From the NCBI GenBank assembly GCA_965215475.1, contig OZ244061.1, positions 764,563 through 828,562 on the forward strand: DNA of 64,000 bases, read 5' to 3'. Below, one piece after another: positions 10,790 through 22,100 of the stretch. The stretch comes from Rhodothermales bacterium. GTDB taxonomy: Bacteria; Bacteroidota; Rhodothermia; Rhodothermales; Bin80. Each line of letters begins with the position of its first letter. The stretch's first letter is position 1. The translations under genes and the position numbers were made by a program. The notes under the pieces are model-generated. The model did no database searches. It saw only the letters and a program-made list of their open reading frames with translations, and had not been told where the DNA came from.

Positions 10790-12896
10790 TTTTGCATCGA
10801 TTCCTTATCCACGATCCAACCCCTCGCCTGGTGTGATTACTGGGCCCGGTGAAGAAGGAGCCTTGCATGGACCCACAGCAATAGCACCGATGGAGCATCT
10901 GGATTATGCGGCGGGCCTTCCACCCTTCCTACGCGGCCCTTATGCTTCAATGTACACGAAACGTCCGTGGACGATCCGACAATATGCCGGGTTTTCCACA
11001 GCGGAAGAATCCAATACTTTTTACAAAAATGCACTTGCCGAAGGGCAACGCGGCCTCTCTGTCGCGTTCGATTTGCCGACGCATCGAGGGTATGACTCTG
11101 ATCATAGATTCGCGCGTGGGGATGTTGGGCAGGCAGGGGTAGCGATTGATAGCGTGGAGGATATGCGGATTCTGTTTGATGGTATTCCGCTCAAAAACAT
11201 GAGTGTGTCCATGACCATGAATGGTGCGGTGCTACCTATCATGGCTTTTTTTATTATTGCGGCAGAGGAATCCGGAGTCCCAGCCAACCAGCTCAGTGGT
11301 ACGATTCAGAACGATATTCTCAAAGAATTCATGGTGCGGAATACATACATCTACCCGCCTGCACCGTCTATACGTATCACCGGAGATATTCTCCAGTGGT
11401 GTGCACAAAATATGCCCCGCTTCAATCCCGTATCCATCAGTGGGTACCATATGCATGAAGCCGGCGCACCCGCTGATCTAGAGCTTGCCTACACACTTGC
11501 TAACGGACTCGAATATGTACGCACCGGCCTTGATCGTGGATTAACGATCGATTCTTTTGCCCCGAGACTATCTTTTTTCTTTGGGATTGGGATGAATCAT
11601 TTTACAGAGATTGCCAAGCTACGGGCAGCCCGTTTGCTCTGGGCCCGACTAATTCATCCTTTTTCGCCTCGGAACCCAAAATCTATGATGCTTCGTATGC
11701 ACTGTCAGACCTCTGGCTATAGCCTCACTGCCCAGGATCCTCATAATAATGTGACACGCACTACGATTGAAGCACTCTCGGCTGTTTGCGGTCAAACGCA
11801 GTCGCTTCACACAAATGCAATGGATGAAGCTCTCGCGCTTCCTTCAACCCATGCTGCCAGGATTGCCCGGAATACGCAGCTGATCTTAAGAGAAGAATCG
11901 AATCTAACCAGAGCCATCGATCCGTGGGGAGGTTCCTACCATGTCGAACATCTCACTCATATCTTAACTCATCAAGCATGGAACCATATTCAAGAAATTG
12001 AATCCATGGGAGGCATGACAAAGGCGATTGCGACCGGTCTTCCCAAGATGAGGATCGAGGAGGCTGCCGCAGCCAAACAAGCACGAATTGATCGCGGGGA
12101 CGAGATTGTCGTAGGGGTCAATGCGTTTCAATCCGGTGAGAATGCCGAAATCCCGCTCCTCCGAGTCGATAATGCAGACGTGCTTTCCAATCAGTCCCGC
12201 CGATTAGAGGAACTGAAAAAATCCAGGGACATGGAAAAAGTACGTAGATCTCTGGAAGCACTCTGCACCGCTGCATCCCGTAAGGACGTAAATTTACTGA
12301 ATTTCGCATTGGATGCAGCTCGGAATCGTGCAACACTGGGAGAGATCTCCAGTGCCTTAGAAACCGTATTTGGCCGCTATACTGCCCATAACGAAACGGT
12401 TACGGGCATTTACTCTACCGTTATGGATACCGATCAAGCCACTGACCATGCTCGTTCTTTGACCGATCGATTTGCAGATCGTACAGGACGTCGGCCCCGA
12501 ATCCTGGTTGCAAAACTTGGCCTGGACGGACATGACCGCGGGGCACGCACTATTGCGACTGCGTTTGCCGACCTAGGATTTGACGTAGATGTGGCTCCCC
12601 TTTTTCAGACTCCCGAAGAAGTGGCCCGCCAGGCCATTGAGAACGATGTTCATATTGTGGGGATCTCCAGTCTTGCCGGTGCACACCGAACATTGGTTCC
12701 GGAGTTCATGGAAATTTTGGAACGGCATCGCCGGACTGATCTCGAAGTCGTTGTCGGTGGAATCATTCCAGCCGAAGACTACTCCTTACTTCACGAGTCG
12801 GGGGTCTGTGAAATTTTTGGCCCTGGAACCATCATTGCACATGCAGCCATCACGATTCTGACTCGTTTACTGGATGATCATGCCCCAAAACCCTGA
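10779..12896 (+). CDS. scpA: Methylmalonyl-CoA mutase large subunit (B12-binding)
   Basis: [27 protein letters not shown]12 motif; likely start ATG at 10779. Confidence 0.96.
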   Translation: MHPDFASIPYPRSNPSPGVITGPGEEGALHGPTAIAPMEHLDYAAGLPPFLRGPYASMYTKRPWTIRQYAGFSTAEESNTFYKNALAEGQRGLSVAFDLPTHRGYDSDHRFARGDVGQAGVAIDSVEDMRILFDGIPLKNMSVSMTMNGAVLPIMAFFIIAAEESGVPANQLSGTIQNDILKEFMVRNTYIYPPAPSIRITGDILQWCAQNMPRFNPVSISGYHMHEAGAPADLELAYTLANGLEYVRTGLDRGLTIDSFAPRLSFFFGIGMNHFTEIAKLRAARLLWARLIHPFSPRNPKSMMLRMHCQTSGYSLTAQDPHNNVTRTTIEALSAVCGQTQSLHTNAMDEALALPSTHAARIARNTQLILREESNLTRAIDPWGGSYHVEHLTHILTHQAWNHIQEIESMGGMTKAIATGLPKMRIEEAAAAKQARIDRGDEIVVGVNAFQSGENAEIPLLRVDNADVLSNQSRRLEELKKSRDMEKVRRSLEALCTAASRKDVNLLNFALDAARNRATLGEISSALETVFGRYTAHNETVTGIYSTVMDTDQATDHARSLTDRFADRTGRRPRILVAKLGLDGHDRGARTIATAFADLGFDVDVAPLFQTPEEVARQAIENDVHIVGISSLAGAHRTLVPEFMEILERHRRTDLEVVVGGIIPAEDYSLLHESGVCEIFGPGTIIAHAAITILTRLLDDHAPKP

Positions 12897-13851
12897 AATA
12901 GAATCTCTAATAAAGGGAATTCAATCTGGAGATCGGGTGAGCCTCAGCCGAGGCATCACGCTGATGGAAAGTACACTGGAAGAAGATCAGAAAGTAGCTG
13001 ATCGCCTACTGGGTGCACTGCTTCCAAAAACAAATACCGCACTCCGTGTTGCTGTAACCGGTGCCCCCGGAGTTGGAAAAAGCACATTCATTGAGGCGCT
13101 AGGAATACATCTGGTGAATTCGGGACATAAGGTCGCCGTCCTGACGATTGATCCATCGAGCCCCCGGACTAGGGGGAGTATTCTGGGAGATAAAACCCGT
13201 ATGCCCCAACTTGCCACCCATTCAAACTCATTCGTACGCCCCTCTCCTTCCGGGTCCATCACCGGTGGGGTTGCCCATGCCACACTCTCTACGATCCTTC
13301 TATGTGACGTAGCCGGGTATAACCCGATCTTGGTGGAAACGGTCGGTACAGGTCAAGGAGAGTATGCCGCGTGGAAGATGGTTGATGTAGTTCTTTTACT
13401 GGTACTCACCCATGCCGGCGATGAGTTACAGGGAATTAAGCGTGGCATTCTTGAGACTGCGGACCTTATCGCGGTCACAAAGGCAGATGGCTCCCTGAAA
13501 GAGAACGCTTCCCTGACTGCCAAAACCTACCAGCGCGCCCTTGGGCTTTCTCGCAGCCGCCTGACTATTCCCAGTGTCCTGACCTGCAGTGCTCTTGAAA
13601 ACACGGGGATCAAGAAGATCTGGGACAGAATAAAGGAGATTGAGGATACGGCAAAGAAAAATGGGCAACTTGACCAAAGGCGTCACGAACAGATTTCTCA
13701 TGCGATCTTTGAAACGGCAAAAGGACTTCTTTTGGCCCGCTTTCGTAACTCTAAAAACCTCCATGATGAATTGCAACAGCTTCAGAAACAAGTCGTCCAG
13801 GGCAAGTGTACGGTAAACGAGGCAGCTCACATATTACTCTATAACTCATGA
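12874..13851 (+). CDS. meaB: Methylmalonyl-CoA mutase-associated GTPase
   Basis: [29 protein letters not shown]. Confidence 0.95.
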   Translation: MIMPQNPEIESLIKGIQSGDRVSLSRGITLMESTLEEDQKVADRLLGALLPKTNTALRVAVTGAPGVGKSTFIEALGIHLVNSGHKVAVLTIDPSSPRTRGSILGDKTRMPQLATHSNSFVRPSPSGSITGGVAHATLSTILLCDVAGYNPILVETVGTGQGEYAAWKMVDVVLLLVLTHAGDELQGIKRGILETADLIAVTKADGSLKENASLTAKTYQRALGLSRSRLTIPSVLTCSALENTGIKKIWDRIKEIEDTAKKNGQLDQRRHEQISHAIFETAKGLLLARFRNSKNLHDELQQLQKQVVQGKCTVNEAAHILLYNS

Positions 13852-13869
13852 GATTTGTATCTTCTTTAC

Positions 13870-13896
13870 TTTGTGCCACATGTGATGTGACACAAA
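13870..13896. promoter_or_regulatory. Imperfect palindrome between meaB and glnS (hairpin or operator)
   Basis: TTTGTGCCACAT-GTG-ATGTGACACAAA, 12-bp arms with one mismatch. Confidence 0.3.
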
Positions 13897-14000
13897 TGAT
13901 CTTCGTACAAGAATAAATCCTCGTCATAAAATCGAATCTATTTTCTTTTCTTCATTGCCAAAATATACACGCGCATACTCTAACTTCCACTTTTACTCCG

Positions 14001-16265
14001 ATGGCCCAATCTTCTGCAACTACTGATTTTATCCGAACCATCATCAACCGAGATCTTGATGCAGGGATACATGAGCGCGTTGTTGTGCGATTTCCACCGG
14101 AGCCGAACGGGTTTCTCCATATTGGTCATGCCAAGAGCAGTACGCTGAATTTTGGATTAGCTGCCGAGTACGGTGGCCGGTGCCATTTGCGATTTGATGA
14201 TACCAATCCCGAAAAAGAAGATCAAAAATACGTGGATGCCATCAAGCAGGATCTAAAATGGTTGGGGTTTGATTGGGGTAAGCATGAATATTATGCCTCC
14301 GATTATTTTGAGAAACTCTATGAGTGGGCGTGTCAGCTCATCCATAAGGGATTAGCCTATGTAGATGATTCTCCAGAGAATATCATCCGCGGAATGCGCG
14401 GCACGGTCACTTCATCTGGAGCTCACAGCCCCTATCGGGAACGCACACCAGAAGAAAACTTGGAGCGATTCGAATCTATGCGCCGAGGAGAATTTAAAGA
14501 TGGGGCCTGTGTTCTTCGTGCCAAGATTGACATGACACATCCAAACATGAAGATGCGCGACCCGCTCATGTACCGCATCCGACACGCGACGCATTACCGT
14601 AGGGGAGATGAGTGGTGCATCTATCCTTTCTATGATTGGGCTCATGGACAATCGGATGCCATTGAGGGCGTTACTCATTCGATCTGTACCCTTGAATTTT
14701 TGACCAACCGTATCCTCTACGACTGGTATCTGGATGCTCTTGAGATTGATCCCCGTCCTCGTCAGTATGAATTTGCTAGACTGAATTTAGAGTATCACGT
14801 AACTTCAAAGCGTAAGTTGCTGGATCTAGTTCAAGAAAATGTTGTTGATGGCTGGAGTGATCCGCGCATGCCCACTCTTGCCGGGCTCAGACGCAGAGGA
14901 ATACGTCCAGAAGCCATCAGGGCATTTTGTGAATCCGTGGGAACCACCAAAGTTGACAGCACTCATGATCCCTCCCTGCTAGAATATTGCATACGAGACA
15001 ATCTTAACCAGCATGCCCCGCGTGTTCACTGTGTTCAGGACCCTCTCCGAGTCACGCTTACGAACTTGCCCGAGGGTTATGAGGAAGATATTCAGGCCCC
15101 CTATTGGCCTCACGATGTTCCACGCACAGGTACTCGCATGCTCCCTTTCTCCAACGAAATTCTGATTGAGCGGAGCGATTTTTCTGACGATCCACCGAAA
15201 GGATATCGAAGGCTGACCTCCGGTGGGATTGTTCGCCTACGACATGCATACATTATCCGCTGTACTCATGTTGAAAAAAATGATCGCGGACAGGCCGTTC
15301 ACCTGCACTGCGAATTGCTAGAGGGAACGCGAAGTGGAACAGCCCCCTCTCCGACCTCGCCCCTAAAACCGAAGGGGACCATCCACTGGGTTGATGCCAA
15401 GCGGTCCTTGCCGATCACTGTACGAGAGTATCACCACTTATTATCTGTTCCCATATCCGAAGGGAACCTCTGGCCTGACCTCAACCCTTCTTCTCTCATT
15501 GAGTACAGCCATGCGCGGATTGAGCCTAGCATCCTCCATGACTCACTTGATCAGAGATACCAGTTCGTCCGTCTTGGATATTATTGGCGTGATCCAAATT
15601 TCGCGGAGGAATCTCAACCCATCTTCAATTGTATTGCCCCCCTTCGAGATTCCTCGTCCAAGACGAATATCAAACCTGCCACACCTGTATCTGAAAAACC
15701 CAAGCCCCAGAATACGCAACGCGTTCTCACCTCGGATGAGAAACTGTGGCTCCAGCGTAGTGGGCTTAGCCGAGCAACTGGACTGGCCATTTATGGAGTA
15801 CCGGGGGCTCAGAAATTCTTTGAAGAAGCCTCCAAATCTGCACCACGCGCATCGGTCGGAAATTGGATGGCCAACCAGCTTCTGCCTGTTCTAGATGATC
15901 GTATGCTGTCCGATTTGCCTTTTGGGCCGAATGAGTTCTCGCAGTTAGTCCAGTTAGTTGACTGTGGGGTTGCCAGTTCTTATGAAACTCGTGAAGTACT
16001 CAAGCGCATGTTTACTACGGATCAATCTCCGACGGAATTACTTGCTCAGGTTCAGGATTCCATTATGAGCGACCCAATAGCACTCAAAAGGTTGATTACG
16101 GATGTTCTGAACGAATATAGTGACCGGGTACAGGCATACGCTGCCGGAAAGGTTGGATTACTAGGCTTTTTTGTAGGACAGGTCGTGAAACGATCGCACG
16201 GAAAAGCGAACCCAAAGCAGGTTCAGATGCTCGTTGCCGAAGAACTTGATCGAATTACCTCGTGA
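14001..16265 (+). CDS. glnS: Glutamine--tRNA ligase with C-terminal GatB/YqeY domain
   Basis: RFPPEPNGFLHIGH, HSICTLEF, TSKRKL; C-terminal GFFVGQVVKRSHGKANP. Confidence 0.95.
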   Translation: MAQSSATTDFIRTIINRDLDAGIHERVVVRFPPEPNGFLHIGHAKSSTLNFGLAAEYGGRCHLRFDDTNPEKEDQKYVDAIKQDLKWLGFDWGKHEYYASDYFEKLYEWACQLIHKGLAYVDDSPENIIRGMRGTVTSSGAHSPYRERTPEENLERFESMRRGEFKDGACVLRAKIDMTHPNMKMRDPLMYRIRHATHYRRGDEWCIYPFYDWAHGQSDAIEGVTHSICTLEFLTNRILYDWYLDALEIDPRPRQYEFARLNLEYHVTSKRKLLDLVQENVVDGWSDPRMPTLAGLRRRGIRPEAIRAFCESVGTTKVDSTHDPSLLEYCIRDNLNQHAPRVHCVQDPLRVTLTNLPEGYEEDIQAPYWPHDVPRTGTRMLPFSNEILIERSDFSDDPPKGYRRLTSGGIVRLRHAYIIRCTHVEKNDRGQAVHLHCELLEGTRSGTAPSPTSPLKPKGTIHWVDAKRSLPITVREYHHLLSVPISEGNLWPDLNPSSLIEYSHARIEPSILHDSLDQRYQFVRLGYYWRDPNFAEESQPIFNCIAPLRDSSSKTNIKPATPVSEKPKPQNTQRVLTSDEKLWLQRSGLSRATGLAIYGVPGAQKFFEEASKSAPRASVGNWMANQLLPVLDDRMLSDLPFGPNEFSQLVQLVDCGVASSYETREVLKRMFTTDQSPTELLAQVQDSIMSDPIALKRLITDVLNEYSDRVQAYAAGKVGLLGFFVGQVVKRSHGKANPKQVQMLVAEELDRITS

Positions 16266-16615
16266 CCCACGGCTTGAAGTGCCATGCGTGCCGTGCTTGG
16301 ATCCTGTGTCAAAAAATAATCGGTATCGTAGGTTGCAACGGTGAGGATTGAAAGACCCGCATCTGCCAGAGTTGTCGCTAGCTTGGCAAGAACCCCTACA
16401 GCACTGAAATCCAGTGGTTCTTGGCAACCCATAAGATACCATCCGCGCTCTGCGGCTTGATCAGATGGGATCTGAGACTCTTGGCAAATCACGGAAAGCT
16501 CATGCGGCGTTCGTGTGATTGATGTAAACGGCCCCCGTTCTGCCCAAACAGGAATTTTGCTGGTTGATGAAAAGCGAACCACGCCAAAAGGCTCAGAATA
16601 TTCGATAAACACCAT
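16223..16615 (-). CDS. ACT domain-containing protein
   Basis: SITRTPHELSVIC, LDFSAVGVLA, TYDTDYFL; likely start at 16615, just after the gltX stop. Confidence 0.85.
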   Translation of the reverse strand: MVFIEYSEPFGVVRFSSTSKIPVWAERGPFTSITRTPHELSVICQESQIPSDQAAERGWYLMGCQEPLDFSAVGVLAKLATTLADAGLSILTVATYDTDYFLTQDPSTARMALQAVGHEVIRSSSSATSI

Positions 16616-16619
16616 TCCA

Positions 16620-18101
16620 TTACCCCAAAAGATGAACGGCATTCCTGAATCGTCGAATACATGTTTCCTTGCCCAGTACATGAAGAAGCGCAAAGAGGCT
16701 CGGTCCCGCGGTGGCTCCGCTAACGGCGAGTCGTACCGGATGGATGATCCGCCCCGCTCCAACTCCATACTGCTCTGCCAATGCCCTCAACTGCGTCTCG
16801 AGCACTTCTTCTTCAAATGAGGTCATTGATTCCAATCGATCTGCATATCCCTGTACCAATTCTGCTGCATCCGCCTTCCAACGTTTTTTGACACCTGCTG
16901 TATCAAATTGATCTGGATCCATAAATAGGTAACGGAATCGAGTAGGTAGATCCTCCGCATGCTCTAGTCGATCGCGAACCAGAAGGCATACCTGTTGTAA
17001 ATATCTATGATCTGGAAGGTCAACTCCATGAATTTCAAAAAATGGTTGGACTCGATTCGCAAGTATTTTCACATCCAGACGTCGAAGATGTTGTCCATTG
17101 AACCAGTTCAGCTTATTCAGATCAAATTGTGCCGGCGCTGAACCAACCCGATCCAGATTAAATACCTGTTCTAGATCTTTCAGCCCAAACACCTCCTCTT
17201 CCGTCCCGGGATTCCAGCCCAGGAAAGCGAGAAAATTCACAACCGCCTCAGGCTCAAACCCACGTGCACGATAATCCCGCACATTGATGGGGATCCCCTG
17301 CCTATCGGCAGCACGCTTGGAAAGTTTTCCCCCGGTTGGGCTTAAAATGAGAGGTAAATGCGCCATATTGGGGGATTGCCAACCCAACATTTGGTAAAGA
17401 AGAATATGTTTGGGGGTTGAGGAGATCCACTCATCCCCTCGAATGACATGCGTAATCGCCATATGATGATCATCCACTACGTTTGCTAAATGATACGTCG
17501 GCATGCCATCCGACTTGATCAAAACCTGATCATCAATACTTTCCGAAGAAACGTTTACTACCCCTTTGATGAGATCATGGAACTGAACGGTTTCGTTCTC
17601 AGGAACACGTAGCCGAATGACATGCTCCTCTTTTGCATCCAGGCGCTTTCGAATAACCTTACTTGGCTGAGTTATGCTGTTATCCATCTCATTCCGCGTA
17701 TGTATACCGTATGCGGCATTGGCTTTCCTGAGTGCATCAATTGAATCTGGAGAATCAAATGCATAATATGCATACCCGGCCGTGACTAAAGACTCCGCAT
17801 ATTTCACATAAAGAGATCGTCGTTCTGACTGGCGATAGGGACCGTAGCACCCTCCCTGGTCAGGGCCCTCATCAACCTCCAAACCGCACCACTGCAATGC
17901 CTGAATGATATCGTTCTCTGCATCTGCAACAAATCGTGTACGGTCGGTATCTTCAATGCGAAGCACTAGATGTCCTCCCTGACTACGTGCAAACAGGTAG
18001 CAATACAGTGCTGTCCTTAGGCCTCCAATATGTAAATAGCCTGTGGGGCTAGGAGCAAATCTAACACGAATTAGCGATGTCTTGAGTTCTTGCATCCCCA
18101 T
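16620..18101 (-). CDS. gltX: Glutamate--tRNA ligase
   Basis: RVRFAPSPTGYLHIGG, LRIEDTD, KLSKR. Confidence 0.96.
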   Translation of the reverse strand: MGMQELKTSLIRVRFAPSPTGYLHIGGLRTALYCYLFARSQGGHLVLRIEDTDRTRFVADAENDIIQALQWCGLEVDEGPDQGGCYGPYRQSERRSLYVKYAESLVTAGYAYYAFDSPDSIDALRKANAAYGIHTRNEMDNSITQPSKVIRKRLDAKEEHVIRLRVPENETVQFHDLIKGVVNVSSESIDDQVLIKSDGMPTYHLANVVDDHHMAITHVIRGDEWISSTPKHILLYQMLGWQSPNMAHLPLILSPTGGKLSKRAADRQGIPINVRDYRARGFEPEAVVNFLAFLGWNPGTEEEVFGLKDLEQVFNLDRVGSAPAQFDLNKLNWFNGQHLRRLDVKILANRVQPFFEIHGVDLPDHRYLQQVCLLVRDRLEHAEDLPTRFRYLFMDPDQFDTAGVKKRWKADAAELVQGYADRLESMTSFEEEVLETQLRALAEQYGVGAGRIIHPVRLAVSGATAGPSLFALLHVLGKETCIRRFRNAVHLLG

Positions 18102-18779
18102 GATGAGAGTTGAGTAATTGTGATCAGTTCCAGTTCAGACGGTATGCAATCATCTGAACTTGCTTTTTGGTATGCCTCCTATCAAGAGGGTTTTAACAAA
18201 TAATTTATGCATTGTTCTCTGATCCAATGTGATCATGAGATCGTCTTAAAATAGTCGGCAGATTGGATCTTTATCCAAGAAGCCCCTAAAGATAGATTCC
18301 TTATTCATAATGAGGGAAGAGCCACAAAATCTAACCCAAGACAAATACATATCGCCCCGAAGTGAAGTCTTTCAATTCTATACCAGATATAGATTGAAGA
18401 TGGGTTAATCTAGACGGAGTGCCTATTCAAAGTAGTCAAGGACTACATGACTCCGCTGATCGTATGTCTTCACAAGTAGCACTGATCACTCTGCCATGCC
18501 AACATTGTTTTGATTCGTCAGGATACTACCGTATGTTGTTACTGCCTGCCCGTTTTCTTTGATTCTATCCTTGAATGTACTCTTCTCGTATCCGTACGAA
18601 AATCCAAGGTATTCCAGCCTAAATTGCCCCCATCCCTGACCGTACATGTTTTGCTTGACAGAATGATTAGGGCGGGCGAAAAAATAACTTGGTCACATAA
18701 TGATTCCGCATGTATGTACGAGTTGTGGTTTAATGGTATAGTTCCACTGTGGACAAATAGACCCATGTACGATATTGAG

Positions 18780-19015
18780 TTCGTCCATTTGGTGCTGGAC
18801 TACTTTTTGAATTGCCCGTGGTGACCTATTTTCTCACGAACTCGGCATACCGACTCCGAAAATACGCTTTCTTGGGAGTTTTCGTCATTGGGGCTTTCAT
18901 AACTCCTGTAGATTCTTTTTCAATGTTGGCGGCTGCCGTTCCACTGTATCTTCTTTATGAGGCCTCAATTATCCTAGCAGCTTGGACAGAGCGCAGTGTT
19001 TGGCAGCTCAGATAA
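18780..19015 (+). pseudogene. tatC: TatC C-terminal fragment
   Basis: FGAGLLFELPVV...RKYAFLGVFVIGAFITPVD...AVPLYLLYE matches the last TatC helices; no intact 5' part; start approximate. Confidence 0.75.
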
Positions 19016-19161
19016 TTCATAGATTGAATTTCATATGATACGGCTGAAAGATGAAAGTATACACCTGTGGAACTGGCCCAATCTGTATTAGTCCATTCAA
19101 CATCAAGAGGCGAAACGCCTATGAACTACTGGGTTGATAGCTCCATAAGTCACATTCTGTT

Positions 19162-22100
19162 TCACTGCACCCGTATCACGTGTCCAGTGTAGACTGAGGA
19201 TTTCTGATCTTCCAGAGAGGTTGCAATCATCCGATACAAGTAGGGACCCGAGGGCAGATCAAGGTCGGTTAGTTCTAGTTCATGGCGCCATCCTGCGCTC
19301 AGTTGTACTGCCGGGATGGCCATCACGCGCCGCCCTGTCAGGTCAAGAACCTCCACCTGCACCTGTGCTGCCCATGGAAGATCAAACACCAGATGCGTGG
19401 ACCGATAAAACGGATTCGGATAATTCGGATACACCCGAAACTCCTGCGGCACCTTTTGGTTGGCTTCGGTCTGTGTCGGCGATAGAACCTCTATGGTAAA
19501 CTTCAAACTATCTTGCGCCCCATTTTGATCGGTGGCCGTGTAGGTCATCGGGACGGGCTGTATCACCTCTGCGGGCATGCCATAGATCGTGCGGGTCTGT
19601 GCATTGTATCTGAGCCCTAACGGAAAATCCAGTAGCGTCAAGGTATATGCAATGGGAGGTACACCGTCTGAGACCTCAGGGAGCACCCATGGCGCAATCG
19701 TCACACCCCTATCATAGGTCCGATCGGCAATGGTGCCAGTAAAAGCCATCTGATAAATCTCCAGACTGAACGTCTGCTCAATGCGCGCTCCCAAGCGATC
19801 TTGTGCGGTGTAGGTATAGGTTACAGCCTCAGCGACTTCTGAGGGCACCCCGCTTAACGTCCGCGTCTGCGTATCAAAGGTGAGCCCGACCGGTAGCTCA
19901 GGTGTCAAGGTATAGCTGTACGGCCCAATCCCCCCGATCGCGGCTGGAAGCACTTGATTGGTGAGTGGAATCTGGACGGGGTACCTCTGGTCGACAACAG
20001 CTTCTGCAAACGTCAAGGACGGAGGCACTTTGACCTCTATGGTAAAGGTCTGCGAAGCCGACTGGGTATTGGCATCGGTCACCGTATAGGTAAAGATGGT
20101 TGGGGCCATCACTTCGGTGGGCGTTCCGCTCAGCGTCCGTGCATCAAACTTCAGACCTTTGGGCACCTCTGGGGTGAGGGTATAGCTGTAGGGGCGTGTT
20201 CCATATCTGGCTTCGGGAAGCTCAAGATCTTTGATGTCTACTCCTACGAGATAGGACTGGTTGGACACCGTCTGGGTAAAGGATAAGCTTGGCACATCGT
20301 TGTCCACGATGGTGAGCGTAAAGACATATGGATTTGCGAGATTATCGCCGGTCAAGGTGATGATGATGGTTTCGTTGGGCTCGTCATCAAGATCATCAAT
20401 GATTGTGATGCGTAGATCGGCCGTGATCGCGTAGTCTACGTCTTGGGTCGCCGTCCCCGAGAGCGTGTAACTCACCGATGGGCGACCGGTCACTTGGACC
20501 TGATAGGTGCCGGCTGTTTCATCAATGCGGGCCGATGCTCTGGTAAATCTGACCTGGGGTTGCGTCGCAGCCTTGGTCACTACATTGGACGGCAGGCTTT
20601 CGCCAACACGGTTGATGGCACTGACCCGGTAGTGACGGTCAGAATGATGATCCGTGTACGTGGTGCTCGTTTGACGCTCACCAAGTGGGTTCCAAGGCGG
20701 CTGCCCATCCGCGGACCACTGGACCTGATAGCCTGTAATGGCCTCGCCCCCGTTATCGGCCGGCGCTTGCCACGACAGAACAACTGGCAGAGTTGTAGTG
20801 GCGGTTAACTCCAGCGGATCACTGGGAATCGCTGGCGTGGCACGATCCACCGTCGTGCCATCAGCCACATTGGAGGGTGGACTGCTTCCCTCGGCGTTGA
20901 TGGCACGGGTCCTGTAATAGCGCGTCGTGCCCGGAGACAGTCCACGATCAATAAACATCGTCAAGGTGGACTCGGAGTCATCTTCAAGATTCGCCCAACT
21001 AGTTCCATCGGCCGACCACTCAACGCGATATCCCGTAATAGCCGCGCCCCCGTTATCGGTCGGAGCGGTCCATGAGACAACAAGAATCGTCCGCCCACTT
21101 GGGGTGACACTCAGTGCAGTCGGCGCATCAGGGGCCATGATGGCTTCTGTAGTCGCATTCGCTGGAGTAGATGCGCTGGTGCTCTCGCCCACCGAGTTAC
21201 TCACATAGACCCGGTAATGCCGCGTGGTAGAAGGATTGAGGCCCGTATCGCTGTAGGTGCGATCCGGGCCCGAATGCGCAGGAATGGCATTTGTCCACGG
21301 AGCATTCCCGTCAGCCGACCACTGAACGCGGTAGCCCGTGATGTCGGCGCCCCCGGTGTTGGTGGGCGCATCCCAAGAGAGAGCAATCGCAGTACGCCCG
21401 TTGGCCGTCGCACTGAGATTTCCAGGGGGACCGGGCCTCGTCGCCGTCACCGCAGCGGTGGTGGCATCGTCGGTCGCAGATGCGCTGGCACTCTCGCCCA
21501 CCGAGTTACTGGCATAGACCCGGTAATGCCGCCTTGTAGATGGATCAAGCCCCGTATCGCTGTAGGTGCGATCCGTGCCCGAATGCGCAGGATCGACATT
21601 TGTCCACAGAGCATTCCCGTCGGCCGACCACTGAACGCGATAGCTACTAATACGTGCACCCCCGTCACTGGTCGGGAGATCCCATTTCAAGTTAATCGTA
21701 GTACGCCCTGACGCGGTGGCGACAAGGTTTTGCGGGGCCCCGGGCCTCACCGCCGCAGCGGTCGTCGCATCATCGGTGTTGGACGGCAAACTCTCCCCCT
21801 GCGCATTGATGGCATACACCCGGTAATGGCGCGTGGCACCGCCCAAAAGCCCCGTATCGCTGTAGGTCGTGCTCGTTGATTCGGTGTCATCCATCACATC
21901 CGCCCAGCCCGCAGTTCCATCCGACGACCACTCAATGTGGTACCCCGTGATGGCCGTGCCCCCAGTGTTGGCTGGCGCCGTCCACGACAGATCAATCGTC
22001 GTTGGCCCATTGGCGGACGCATTCAAACCCGTTGGATCACTGGGAATCGTATTGGTACTGCCATCTACCGTCGTCGCACTCGCTGGAATGGATGCTGTCC

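Noticed and set aside
18132-18168. AGTTCAGA/TCTGAACT inverted repeat followed by T-rich sequence upstream of gltX
   Set aside because: Short stem with a 13-nt loop and no + strand gene to terminate; too weak to call.
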